Source: a virus
Lineage: Duplodnaviria; Caudoviricetes
Virus record (IMG/VR): IMGVR_UViG_3300036861_000578
Location: 1-52,740 of that record
DNA length: 52,740 nt
Reading direction: 5' to 3' (one strand)
How positions within the stretch are numbered: position 1 is the first letter of the stretch; each line of letters starts with the position of its first letter. The notes beneath the pieces were generated by a model. It was not told the DNA's origin. It did no database searches and saw nothing but the letters and a program-made list of their open reading frames with translations. Shown piece after piece: positions 29,096-37,078 of this stretch. The translations under genes and the position numbers were made by a program.

Positions 29096-29647
29096 ATGGC
29101 GCTGCCGACCGTAAGAACCTGGGTGGCCAGCGAGTTCGTCACGGCGACCACCATGAACGGCGACCCCCGCGACGTCGAGAACTTCCTGTGGCAGCCGCCA
29201 CGGGTCAGCGTCTACAAATCCGCCAACCAGACCCTGACCAACAACGTCGAGGCGGTCGTCAGCTTCAACACCGAGTTGTACGACCCGTACTCGACGGCGA
29301 TGCACGATAACGCGACGAACAACAGCCGCCTGGTCGCCCGCGAGACCGGCCTGTACACCGTCAATCTGTTCATGATCTTCGGCGCGGACATCGACGGGCA
29401 GCGGCAGTACACGGTGGAGAAGAACGCCGGCGGCACCCCCAACGCCGGTACCGAGCTGGCCAACGCTGCCTTCGACGCCACCAGCGCCACGATCGGGATG
29501 CGGATCTTCCGCACCTTCGATGTGCCACTGACCTCCGGGGACTACATCGAACTGTTCGCGTTCCACACCGCCGGCGCCAACCTCGACCTGGTGGGCGGCA
29601 CCCAGTCCGACACCAGCTTCCAGATGCGCTGGTTCAGCAAGCAGTGA
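29096..29647 (+). CDS. minor tail or tail fibre protein with a C1q-like head
   Basis: RTWVASEFVTATTMN N-terminus; TGLYTV...LTSGDYIELF. Confidence 0.7.
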   Translation: MALPTVRTWVASEFVTATTMNGDPRDVENFLWQPPRVSVYKSANQTLTNNVEAVVSFNTELYDPYSTAMHDNATNNSRLVARETGLYTVNLFMIFGADIDGQRQYTVEKNAGGTPNAGTELANAAFDATSATIGMRIFRTFDVPLTSGDYIELFAFHTAGANLDLVGGTQSDTSFQMRWFSKQ

Positions 29648-29670
29648 CAGGCTTCTAAAGGACTGAGGAT

Positions 29671-29856
29671 GTGCGTCACCTCCGCGACATCATCATCCTC
29701 TCAATCGGCGGGGCGCTCTGCCTGTCCCAGATCATCATCCAATTCCAAGGTGGCGAACCGTCCATCCCGATGCTGACCGCAGGTGCGGGTCTGCTCACCG
29801 GGTATCCCCTGTTCAAGATTGGTGACCGCAGAGCCGACAACGACGGCAGGTCGTGA
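29671..29856 (+). CDS. two-TM protein, holin-like
   Basis: Two hydrophobic helices and a charged C-terminus. Confidence 0.5.
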   Translation: MRHLRDIIILSIGGALCLSQIIIQFQGGEPSIPMLTAGAGLLTGYPLFKIGDRRADNDGRS

Positions 29857-30323
29857 GGGCAATGCGAGACCTCGTGCGCGCAGTCTGGTATCGCCGGGAG
29901 GCATGCGCCTGGCTGCTGCTGATCGGTGCCCTTATCACCGTCCAGACCCACACCTACGGCGAGTTCCTACCCGGGCCGCCACCGCCATACACAGATGGTG
30001 CGCTCATCCCATCATGGCCGCCGACCACCCTGCTGACCACGACCCTGCCGCCGCACGGTAGCCCGACAACTACGGCCGGTCAGCCAACCACGACGACGCT
30101 GCCGCAGGGTCCGGGTCGGGGCACGGGCCCGGTCCCCCCTCCGGGCCTGGCGCCCACCACCACAACCCTTCCCGCCGTCACCAGCAGCACCACAACAACG
30201 TTGGCGACGACGACAACCAAGCTGTGTAACCGGCCGGGGCAACCCAGCCAGAGCACGCTGCGGAACGGGAAGCCGGTCGTGACGAGGGAGGTCGATGATC
30301 GTGTCGTCTGCACCCCCGCCTGA
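29853..30323 (+). CDS. membrane-anchored Pro/Thr-rich protein
   Basis: TM segment followed by TTTT/PPPP tracts; GTGA overlap. Confidence 0.5.
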   Translation: MRAMRDLVRAVWYRREACAWLLLIGALITVQTHTYGEFLPGPPPPYTDGALIPSWPPTTLLTTTLPPHGSPTTTAGQPTTTTLPQGPGRGTGPVPPPGLAPTTTTLPAVTSSTTTTLATTTTKLCNRPGQPSQSTLRNGKPVVTREVDDRVVCTPA

Positions 30324-30669
30324 GCGGCCGGCGGGTTGGACCGGCCGTTGGCCGCCGCTGCGCATCAACCCACTCGACCGGCTCATCCTCCGCGGCCGCG
30401 ACCCATATTACCCCGTGATGCTGGTCCGGTTCGAGCGGATGCGGTATGCGGTCCTGCTCACCGCGCTGGTCGCCCTGCTTTTCACTGGGCTCATCGCCTG
30501 GTCGGGGCAGCAGAAGGCCAAGCAGGTCTGCCTCCAGCGCAATGCCGCGTCGGTTCAGTACCGCAAGGCGCTGGAGGGACTCGCCGCCGCCGCCGAACGT
30601 CGCGGCGACCGTGAGTCCGCGTCGATCTACCGGACCCTCACGCCGCGGGCGCCAATTCCGAACTGCTGA
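30295..30669 (+). CDS. membrane protein of the lysis region
   Basis: TM segment, then C...C extracellular helix. Confidence 0.5.
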   Translation: MIVSSAPPPERPAGWTGRWPPLRINPLDRLILRGRDPYYPVMLVRFERMRYAVLLTALVALLFTGLIAWSGQQKAKQVCLQRNAASVQYRKALEGLAAAAERRGDRESASIYRTLTPRAPIPNC

Positions 30670-30728
30670 GAATCCCAACGTCCACCCGCCCGCCCTGGGC
30701 GCCGAGCCGCCGCCGGAAAGTGAGCACC

Positions 30729-31424
30729 ATGAAACGTGTCCTGTTCGTGCTGCTGCTGGCCGCCGCAGCGGTCGCCGTGGCGGTCCCTGTCCAGGCGACA
30801 CCCAGCGAAGGCGGCCGGCCACGGCGGCACACCTGTCCGACGGGGCAGCTCGTCTACCCGGCTGCCTTCATCCAGGTCTCAGGCCCGCAGGACGCCGAGG
30901 TCGCCGCGGTCGAGTACGCCGGGATCGCGGAGGGCGAGCGGTCCTGGTACGACGCGGCGCAGAACCGGTTCTACACTGAGCACATCCGCAGCTCGGTCGC
31001 GCATGAGGCTGTCGGGACCTGCAACGACTACGACTACTGGGCCTACCGCGCCCACGTCTGGTGCACCTCGGAGTACGGGCCCCTTTCGTACACGACTCCA
31101 TGTGACATGGTCGTCGACCGTGCCGAGCTGCGAACCAAGCCGTGCCGCGAGTTCACCCAATGCACGTCGGAGGCGCCATGGGGCGGCGGGGACTGGGTCC
31201 GCCACAACGACGACGACTACACCTTCCAGGGCAGCTGGCACCTGTTCGGCACCCCCGGCACGGCCTCGGCGTCGCTGCTGACCTTCTCCGACGATTTCCG
31301 CGTCAAGTTCCTGTCCTCGACCGGTGACCACGTCACCAACAATCGGACGGCGTGCTCGGCGTGGGTCTGGGAGGGCAACACCGACTACCAGGCCGACTCG
31401 TGGTGCACGGGGCTGTTCGGCTAG
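30729..31424 (+). CDS. secreted Cys-rich protein
   Basis: Signal peptide MKRVLFVLLLAAAAVAVAVPVQA; 8 Cys. Confidence 0.65.
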   Translation: MKRVLFVLLLAAAAVAVAVPVQATPSEGGRPRRHTCPTGQLVYPAAFIQVSGPQDAEVAAVEYAGIAEGERSWYDAAQNRFYTEHIRSSVAHEAVGTCNDYDYWAYRAHVWCTSEYGPLSYTTPCDMVVDRAELRTKPCREFTQCTSEAPWGGGDWVRHNDDDYTFQGSWHLFGTPGTASASLLTFSDDFRVKFLSSTGDHVTNNRTACSAWVWEGNTDYQADSWCTGLFG

Positions 31425-31594
31425 ACCTCGCGGCCGTCGGCGACCTGCGCGGCCCATGCGCGTAGCTGGTCGGGTAGCTGCTCGAGCCCGGCTGGCGCCG
31501 GCGGCAGCTGGAACTCGACGGCGCCACGGGTCATCAGCTCGACCCTGACCGCCAGCACCAGCAGCTCGTGCGCGAAGACCTGCCTTGCGGCCAT
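31421..31594 (-). CDS. hypothetical protein (57 aa)
   Basis: GAGGGGA RBS before the ATG. Confidence 0.4.
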   Translation of the reverse strand: MAARQVFAHELLVLAVRVELMTRGAVEFQLPPAPAGLEQLPDQLRAWAAQVADGREV

Positions 31595-31685
31595 GGCCGC
31601 TCCCCTCGTCGTCGTCGGGCAAGCACACCCCCGCCAGCATGCGCCCGTCAAGGGTTGCTGCAGCCGCCGCCATGGAGGTGAACGA

Positions 31686-31847
31686 ATGCACGAATCATCC
31701 GACCATGATGTGATGGCGGCCCGGGTCGAACATCCCGACCTCGATGAGGCGGTGGACTGGGACGAGCACGGCCCGGTATTCGAGGCCATCCTCGGGGGTC
31801 TGGACGACCCCGCCCCCGACCAGGGCATGGCAGGCACCGATGCCTGA
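31686..31847 (+). CDS. small acidic protein preceding the endolysin
   Basis: GGAGGTG RBS. Confidence 0.55.
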   Translation: MHESSDHDVMAARVEHPDLDEAVDWDEHGPVFEAILGGLDDPAPDQGMAGTDA

Positions 31848-31945
31848 TCCCGATCTGTGACACGGAAGGGATAGAATCAGCAGGTGAGTGGCCCCGCGGT
31901 GGGGAAACACCCGGGGCCGTGGACGACACCGGAAGGGGTGCCGCC

Positions 31946-32401
31946 ATGCCGAAGGGTATCTACCCTCACCGCCGCAAGTCACCAGAGGAACGGTTCTGGG
32001 CCAAGGTTCAGAAGACGGAGACCTGCTGGCTCTGGACCGGCGCCAAAGAAACGAGAGGCTACGGCCACTTCACCCTTGGCGGCCGAACTGACCGACGGAT
32101 CGTCAAGGCCCACCGCTATGCCTACGAGTTGCTGGTGGGTCCGATCCCCGAAGGCTTGACGCTTGATCACCTCTGCCGGGTGCGATGGTGCGTTCGACCA
32201 GATCACCTAGAACCAGCCACCAATCGCGAGAACCAATTACGTGGCGATGGTCAGGGTGGCCGGAACGCCCGCAAGACCCACTGCCCGAAGGGTCACCCCT
32301 ACGACGAGGCGAACACCTACATCGACTCTCTGGGCAGAAGGGTATGCCGCCAGTGCCGCCGAGCGTATCGAGCCAGATACAGGAGAACGCATGCCCGATA
32401 G
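31946..32401 (+). CDS. HNH homing endonuclease
   Basis: RFWAKV...CWLWTG...LDHLCRVRWCVRPDHLE and KTHCPKGH motifs. Confidence 0.9.
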   Translation: MPKGIYPHRRKSPEERFWAKVQKTETCWLWTGAKETRGYGHFTLGGRTDRRIVKAHRYAYELLVGPIPEGLTLDHLCRVRWCVRPDHLEPATNRENQLRGDGQGGRNARKTHCPKGHPYDEANTYIDSLGRRVCRQCRRAYRARYRRTHAR

Positions 32402-33179
32402 CGACTTGTGGTTTCCAGGGGCACGTCTCAATCAACTAGCACCAGTTGATGGCGGATCCATTTTGGGCGGTAAGCCCAAAATCTTGTGGCATGACACAGA
32501 ATCGTCCGGGTTCCCGTCCTACTCGAGCGGATTCTGGCCGCACATGACGATCAATCCCGCGACCGGTGAGACCCGCCAGCACATCCCCGCCAACCGGGCC
32601 TGCCGCGCGCTCCGCAACGAGTCGGGTGGGGTCCAGACGAACCGGTGGCGGGTTTTCCAGATCGAGATGCTCGGGTTCGCCAACGAGGTCCGGTTCCATC
32701 CGGTGATGTCCGAGGTCGCCCGCTGGGCACACGACCGACTGGGCGTGCCGCTCCGCGAGGGCGTGAGTTGGCGCTCCTACCCGTCCAGCTACGGCCAGAC
32801 CAGCGTGCGCCTGTCCGGCGCCGAATGGAATGACTACGCCGGGCACCTCGGCCATATGCACGCACCGGAGAACGACCACGGCGACCCCGGCTGGCCGTTC
32901 CCGATCACCCAGATCCTCGAAGGGGGAGATATGGCATTCACCGCAGAGGATGAGAAGCTCCTACGGGCGCTGCGCGACACCGTCACCGGCGAGGGCGCCT
33001 ACACCGACCGGATCAACACCCTCAGCAAGGTCCGCGGCGAGATCGACCTCCTCCAGGCCGCCGTCGCCGACCTGCACGCCAAGGTCGATGCCCTCGGCGG
33101 CGGTGCTGCCGGCACGCTCACCAAGCAGGATGTCGAGGACGTCGTCCGCGCCGTGTTCGGCGACGCCTCAACGCCCTGA
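32391..33179 (+). CDS. endolysin, N-acetylmuramoyl-L-alanine amidase
   Basis: ILWHDTE, QIEMLG and GHMHAPENDHGDPG Zn-amidase motifs; AGGAG RBS. Confidence 0.85.
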   Translation: MPDSDLWFPGARLNQLAPVDGGSILGGKPKILWHDTESSGFPSYSSGFWPHMTINPATGETRQHIPANRACRALRNESGGVQTNRWRVFQIEMLGFANEVRFHPVMSEVARWAHDRLGVPLREGVSWRSYPSSYGQTSVRLSGAEWNDYAGHLGHMHAPENDHGDPGWPFPITQILEGGDMAFTAEDEKLLRALRDTVTGEGAYTDRINTLSKVRGEIDLLQAAVADLHAKVDALGGGAAGTLTKQDVEDVVRAVFGDASTP

Positions 33180-33322
33180 TGGCCGACCGCCATCGCTACT
33201 GGCTGGTGATGTACGCAGCCGGAACCCGCTTCCGCCGGTTCGAGAGGCTGGAGGAGGCGCGGCGCTACTTGGCACACCACGATCCGCAGGAAGGGACGCC
33301 AATACTGGTCGGGTGTGACTGA
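33179..33322 (+). CDS. 47-aa hypothetical protein (not in the ORF track)
   Basis: TGATG coupling at both ends. Confidence 0.45.
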   Translation: MADRHRYWLVMYAAGTRFRRFERLEEARRYLAHHDPQEGTPILVGCD

Positions 33323-33633
33323 TGGCCGATGTGACCGCGATCCCAGTCGGCGCCGACGTCCAATGTCGCTGCGTGAAGTGGCACCGGCCGAAGGTCCGCA
33401 TCATCGACGTCCACCACATCCAACCGCTGTCATGGGACGGACCGGATACCCCCGCCAACAAGGTGACGATCTGCCCCAACACCCACCGCCTCGTCCATGA
33501 GTTGCTGGATCGGTACAAGCGGCACGGCGGGGTCCTGTCCGCCGACGACGTGCGGCCGTTCCCACGCTATGTGCGGGAGCTGGCCCGGCAGGGATGGCAA
33601 CGGTACCTGGAGAGTCAGGAGAGGACGCCATGA
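33322..33633 (+). CDS. small HNH endonuclease
   Basis: DVHHIQPLSWDGPDTPANKVTICPNTH. Confidence 0.8.
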   Translation: MADVTAIPVGADVQCRCVKWHRPKVRIIDVHHIQPLSWDGPDTPANKVTICPNTHRLVHELLDRYKRHGGVLSADDVRPFPRYVRELARQGWQRYLESQERTP

Positions 33634-33682
33634 CCTATCGGCTGCGTGAGCAGCATCCACGCCATTGCAGCGGAGGGAACCC

Positions 33683-33925
33683 ATGAGGCTGGCGCGGATG
33701 CGGAAGTTCCTGGTCGTGGCCAGCCTCGGCCTGCTCGAGGCCGCCGCCTACGTCGCCGCCGACCCGCGTGACCTGCCCGCGTGGGTGGTCACGGGTGCGC
33801 TGGCGGTCAACGCCGCTGGGGTGTACTTCGTGCGGAACCGGCCTGCGCCGTCCGCGGAGGCGCTGCTGGCCCAGCGGGTTCGCGAATCGAGGCGGCAGCA
33901 GGCGCCACCGTTCGAGGCGCCATAG
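33683..33925 (+). CDS. putative holin
   Basis: GGAGG RBS; two TM helices; ends in GVYFVRN. Confidence 0.6.
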   Translation: MRLARMRKFLVVASLGLLEAAAYVAADPRDLPAWVVTGALAVNAAGVYFVRNRPAPSAEALLAQRVRESRRQQAPPFEAP

Positions 33926-33970
33926 TAGAATCCGGCTGCGATCCGGGCTAAGGGATCCTGATTCAGTCCC

Positions 33971-34002
33971 CGACCCCCCGCTACTTCGGTGGCGGGGGGT
34001 CG
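33971..34002. terminator. bidirectional terminator at the convergence of the two arms
   Basis: CGACCCCCCGCTAC-TTCG-GTGGCGGGGGGTCG, 14-bp stem with a UUCG loop. Confidence 0.8.
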
Positions 34003-34238
34003 TTCGCGTTCCGAGATGCCCCTTGTCCAGTAAGTGCCCGGAGGGTCGCGATGAATGCATCTTCGATGGAGTCACCCCGCAGTCGATACAGATCGTAGAG
34101 GTTGAGGGCAGCAGGGTCTTGCGGAAGGTACTGCTTGGCTTCCTCATCGGTGGCCGGGATGCTGTCACGCCAATCGGTTTGGCCGGTGGCAAAGTTGTGC
34201 CAGCCATGCGATTGGTTTTGAGGTACATCAGGCGGCAT
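33981..34238 (-). CDS. hypothetical protein
   Basis: TAATG-coupled to a 19-aa ORF that starts in the last junction repeat. Confidence 0.5.
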   Translation of the reverse strand: MPPDVPQNQSHGWHNFATGQTDWRDSIPATDEEAKQYLPQDPAALNLYDLYRLRGDSIEDAFIATLRALTGQGASRNANDPPPPK

Positions 34239-34293
34239 TAAAGGCATCGTCGATCCTCTTGAACCAGCTGCCGCCAGAGCTGCGCAGGGTTGG

Positions 34294-34542
34294 TCATGGC
34301 TGGGAACCTTCGGATGGGTCGTCGGCTTCTCTCTCGACCCATTCGACGATCTCTGCAAACCGCCGATACAGGTCCATGTAGAAACGGGCACGTTTCTCAG
34401 CCTTGTCGCGGTGCTTCCGGCAGTCCTCCCACATCGCCTCGAAGTCGGGAGGCGTCCCGTCCTGCGGAGCGGTGAAGTAATGGGGAGTGGGGTGCTTGCA
34501 GTGCGGGTCAGCGCAGAACTGCCAGACCGACAGGTCGGTCAT
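34294..34542 (-). CDS. cassette gene, hypothetical (CxxxxC..H..H)
   Basis: Starts MTDL, ends PSEGSQP. Confidence 0.7.
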   Translation of the reverse strand: MTDLSVWQFCADPHCKHPTPHYFTAPQDGTPPDFEAMWEDCRKHRDKAEKRARFYMDLYRRFAEIVEWVEREADDPSEGSQP

Positions 34543-34727
34543 GGCTGCTCACCTTCGGGTGAGGGGCCATCATTCTCATTCAGCCAGTCGACAAGAGGTC
34601 CGCGCACCAGAACCCGCGATATGGACGCGGCGGCTTCCTCAAGCGACACACCTGCCGCTCGGGCAAGTTCGTCTGTGACGTCCCAGACTTCAGCCGGGAG
34701 ACCCCATCGTTCCCGCGGGTCGGTCAT
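34539..34727 (-). CDS. cassette gene, hypothetical
   Basis: Starts MTDP, ends SPEGEQP. Confidence 0.7.
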   Translation of the reverse strand: MTDPRERWGLPAEVWDVTDELARAAGVSLEEAAASISRVLVRGPLVDWLNENDGPSPEGEQP

Positions 34728-35089
34728 GGCTGCTCACCTTCGGGTGGCAACTCGGCCTTGTCGGCCTCACCCCATGCCTTCAGGGCATCCCGCAGCCGCG
34801 GCCTGTCGGTGATGGTATCGGGCCCCCATGCCAGTTCATGGATGACGGCGCGGGCGAGGCGTAGTTCGGCCCGCAGCTGCTCGATCTCGCGGCTTCGTTC
34901 GATGGCGACACGGCTTTCGGTTCGCCAGCCGTCAAGCGCACCCACCAGTTGGGTTCGCTTGTCCTCGACCTCGCCGATGAGCGTGTCGAGGACGTTCATC
35001 CTGATACTGATGAGGTCCGTCGGGCCGACAACGTTGGCGCTATAGAGCGAGTCTCGGTAATCCCTGATCTCGTCCAGCGGGTCGGTCAT
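34724..35089 (-). CDS. cassette gene, coiled-coil hypothetical
   Basis: Starts MTDPLDEIR, ends PPEGEQP. Confidence 0.7.
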   Translation of the reverse strand: MTDPLDEIRDYRDSLYSANVVGPTDLISIRMNVLDTLIGEVEDKRTQLVGALDGWRTESRVAIERSREIEQLRAELRLARAVIHELAWGPDTITDRPRLRDALKAWGEADKAELPPEGEQP

Positions 35090-35502
35090 GGCTGGTCGCC
35101 TTTGGGTGGGTTCAGCAGGTCATGAATGCGGGTCTTTGCGGTGGCGAGCATGTCCCGCGTGAATGACGAGCACGCCAAACCTTCGTCCTCGAAGAACGCC
35201 TCAACGGTAGCCACCGTCATGACGAGCGCCGCCAGGAACTCGTCGGCCAGCCCCCGCAGCCGCTCGACCTCGGCGGTGAGGATGGCCACGTCGTCGACCT
35301 TGTACCGCCGCAATTGCTCGACCTCGCCGACGAGCGCGTCGATGTCGGCCGGGGCATGGGCGATGAACTCAGGGTTGCCCACGCCCGACACCTCCGCGAC
35401 AACGAGGTCATCCGGGCTCAGCACTTCATCGCCGATGTGGTGCCAAGGATCGGACGAGACTCCCGCGCGCCGCGCCCGGATCTCGTCCAGCGGATCGGTC
35501 AT
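35086..35502 (-). CDS. cassette gene, Ead/Ea22-like
   Basis: EFIAHAPADIDALVGEVEQLR; starts MTDPLDEIR, ends PPKGDQP. Confidence 0.65.
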   Translation of the reverse strand: MTDPLDEIRARRAGVSSDPWHHIGDEVLSPDDLVVAEVSGVGNPEFIAHAPADIDALVGEVEQLRRYKVDDVAILTAEVERLRGLADEFLAALVMTVATVEAFFEDEGLACSSFTRDMLATAKTRIHDLLNPPKGDQP

Positions 35503-35714
35503 GGCTGCTCACCTTCGGGTGGGCGGTAGTCCTCTAGGATCGGCACCGCGACCACGACCCCGCCGACCTCCTGCGCTCGGCTGCGGGCGAACTCCAGGTC
35601 GTAGACGACCCACATGATGCCGTGAGGCTGGGCGGCTACAACGGCGTAAACTCCCCGCAGCTGCTCGATCTCGGCGAGCGCATCCTTGAGGTTGTTCGGC
35701 TTGTGCTCGGTCAT
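35499..35714 (-). CDS. hypothetical protein (first gene of the cassette array)
   Basis: AAGGAGG RBS; ends PPEGEQP. Confidence 0.65.
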   Translation of the reverse strand: MTEHKPNNLKDALAEIEQLRGVYAVVAAQPHGIMWVVYDLEFARSRAQEVGGVVVAVPILEDYRPPEGEQP

Positions 35715-35725
35715 GGCGTCCTCCT

Positions 35726-35962
35726 TCACCAGCGTCGCCACCAGCGACCCACCGTCCGGTCGGGTCGGCGGCCGCCCTGCAGGTCGGCGGCGAACCGCCG
35801 TAGCACTCCCGGGATGGCGGCGACGTCGGTCGGGTAGCGCAGCCGCTGCGCCTGGCAGAATGCCTGGACGGGTAGGAGCGTCTGGTCGGCGTGGTCGGCG
35901 AGGGCGGTCACGCGGGCGGCGACGGCGCGGCGTCGCGCGTCGGGCGCGTCAGGCGTCAGCAC
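35726..35962 (-). CDS. hypothetical protein
   Basis: Tiles within the minus-strand operon. Confidence 0.4.
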   Translation of the reverse strand: MLTPDAPDARRRAVAARVTALADHADQTLLPVQAFCQAQRLRYPTDVAAIPGVLRRFAADLQGGRRPDRTVGRWWRRW

Positions 35963-36158
35963 GCTCGTTGGCCTTCCTCACCGCTTCGGCGACGACCAGG
36001 GCGGCCATCATCCACGGGTGCCGGTCGTCGTCGTCGAGCTGCTGCCAGGTCGCGTACGTCCAGGACGAGTCGGTGGTGACCTGCATGCTCCACGTGCGGT
36101 AGGCGATCTCGCCGAGCTGGGCGGCCGGCGGAATATGGATCGTCGTACTGTTTGGCAT
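35949..36158 (-). CDS. hypothetical protein
   Basis: AGGAGG RBS. Confidence 0.6.
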   Translation of the reverse strand: MPNSTTIHIPPAAQLGEIAYRTWSMQVTTDSSWTYATWQQLDDDDRHPWMMAALVVAEAVRKANERADA

Positions 36159-36267
36159 GGCGACCTCCTAGCGGGTCGTCCGGGCCCCGGGCTGCTGCCG
36201 GCAGCTGCGGGGCCATCTTATTGGCTGGGCTGGGGCGAAACTATCTGCCATGCGAACTGCCCGAGGC

Positions 36268-36546
36268 TCATCCTTCCCCCTCAAGCTCGAACAGGTGGAA
36301 GACGTAATCGCCGCCGTGGACGAGCGCGGTCGCGACATGTCGGCACGCGCCGAAGTCGGCCGGGTGGCCAGTCCCGACAACGCGGAAGTGGCGCCGCTCG
36401 GTTGCGACCTCGTCGACGTCATGCCGTTCCCAGATGCAGAACCGGTCATGCTGCTCAGCGAAGTGCAGGACGGTCGCGCCCCTGGGAAGGTCGAGGTCGG
36501 CGGCGATGCCTTCGCCGAGGTCATGCTTCCAGATGACGAACTTCAT
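36268..36546 (-). CDS. conserved phage hypothetical protein
   Basis: MKFVIWK...RHFRVVGTGHP...YVFHLFE; ATGA overlap. Confidence 0.65.
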   Translation of the reverse strand: MKFVIWKHDLGEGIAADLDLPRGATVLHFAEQHDRFCIWERHDVDEVATERRHFRVVGTGHPADFGACRHVATALVHGGDYVFHLFELEGEG

Positions 36547-37010
36547 CGGTTTGCCTTTCTCGGCTGGCGCGGGTCGTTGATCCGGTCGACCGCGCGGGTC
36601 CGCGCCCGGTTGAGCGTGGCCTTCTCTCGGTTGCACGTCAGGCAGTAACGGCGACGGCCGGTGCCACGGCGGTATGTGCCATCGAGTGGGTGGCCCTTCC
36701 GGCAATGGGTTCGGGCAGCGCTGGCCCGGCTGATGTTCTCCTGATGCGTCACTGGTTCTAGGTGGTCCGGCTTAACGCAGAGGGGGACACGGCACAGATG
36801 ATCGAGCGTCAACCCCTTGGGGATCGGACCCACCAGCAACTCATAGGCGAAGCGATGGACATAGACCGGGCGGTTGCCGCCAGCGTTGAAGGTGCCATAT
36901 CCCTGAGCGTTCTTACTGCCCGTCCACAGCCAGCACGTCTCGGTCTTGATGACCTTCGGCCAGAACCGTTCCTCTGGTGGCCGCGGCGGTACGCCCGTAC
37001 GCTTACCCAC
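36543..37010 (-). CDS. HNH homing endonuclease
   Basis: RFWPKV...CWLWTG...LDHLCRVPLCV and THCRKGH motifs; start uncertain (37010 or 37082). Confidence 0.88.
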   Translation of the reverse strand: MGKRTGVPPRPPEERFWPKVIKTETCWLWTGSKNAQGYGTFNAGGNRPVYVHRFAYELLVGPIPKGLTLDHLCRVPLCVKPDHLEPVTHQENISRASAARTHCRKGHPLDGTYRRGTGRRRYCLTCNREKATLNRARTRAVDRINDPRQPRKANR

Positions 37011-37078
37011 GTCGATCCCTCCCGTTAGGGGTCGGCCGGGCCCGGGGTGCCGCAAGCGCCGCCGGGCCATTGACCTGC

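Larger units (their letters stand above)
34288..35521 (-). repeat. five copies of a 29-bp gene-junction direct repeat
   Basis: GGTCGGTCATGGCTGCTCACCTTCGGGTG at 34533 and 34718 (identical), 35493 (1 mismatch), 35080 (3 mismatches) and a degenerate copy at about 34288. Confidence 0.92.

Noticed and set aside
34288-35521. CRISPR array or canonical integron attC sites
   Set aside because: The intervening sequences are whole genes of 185-413 bp, the repeat is not palindromic, and no GTTRRRY box arrangement is seen
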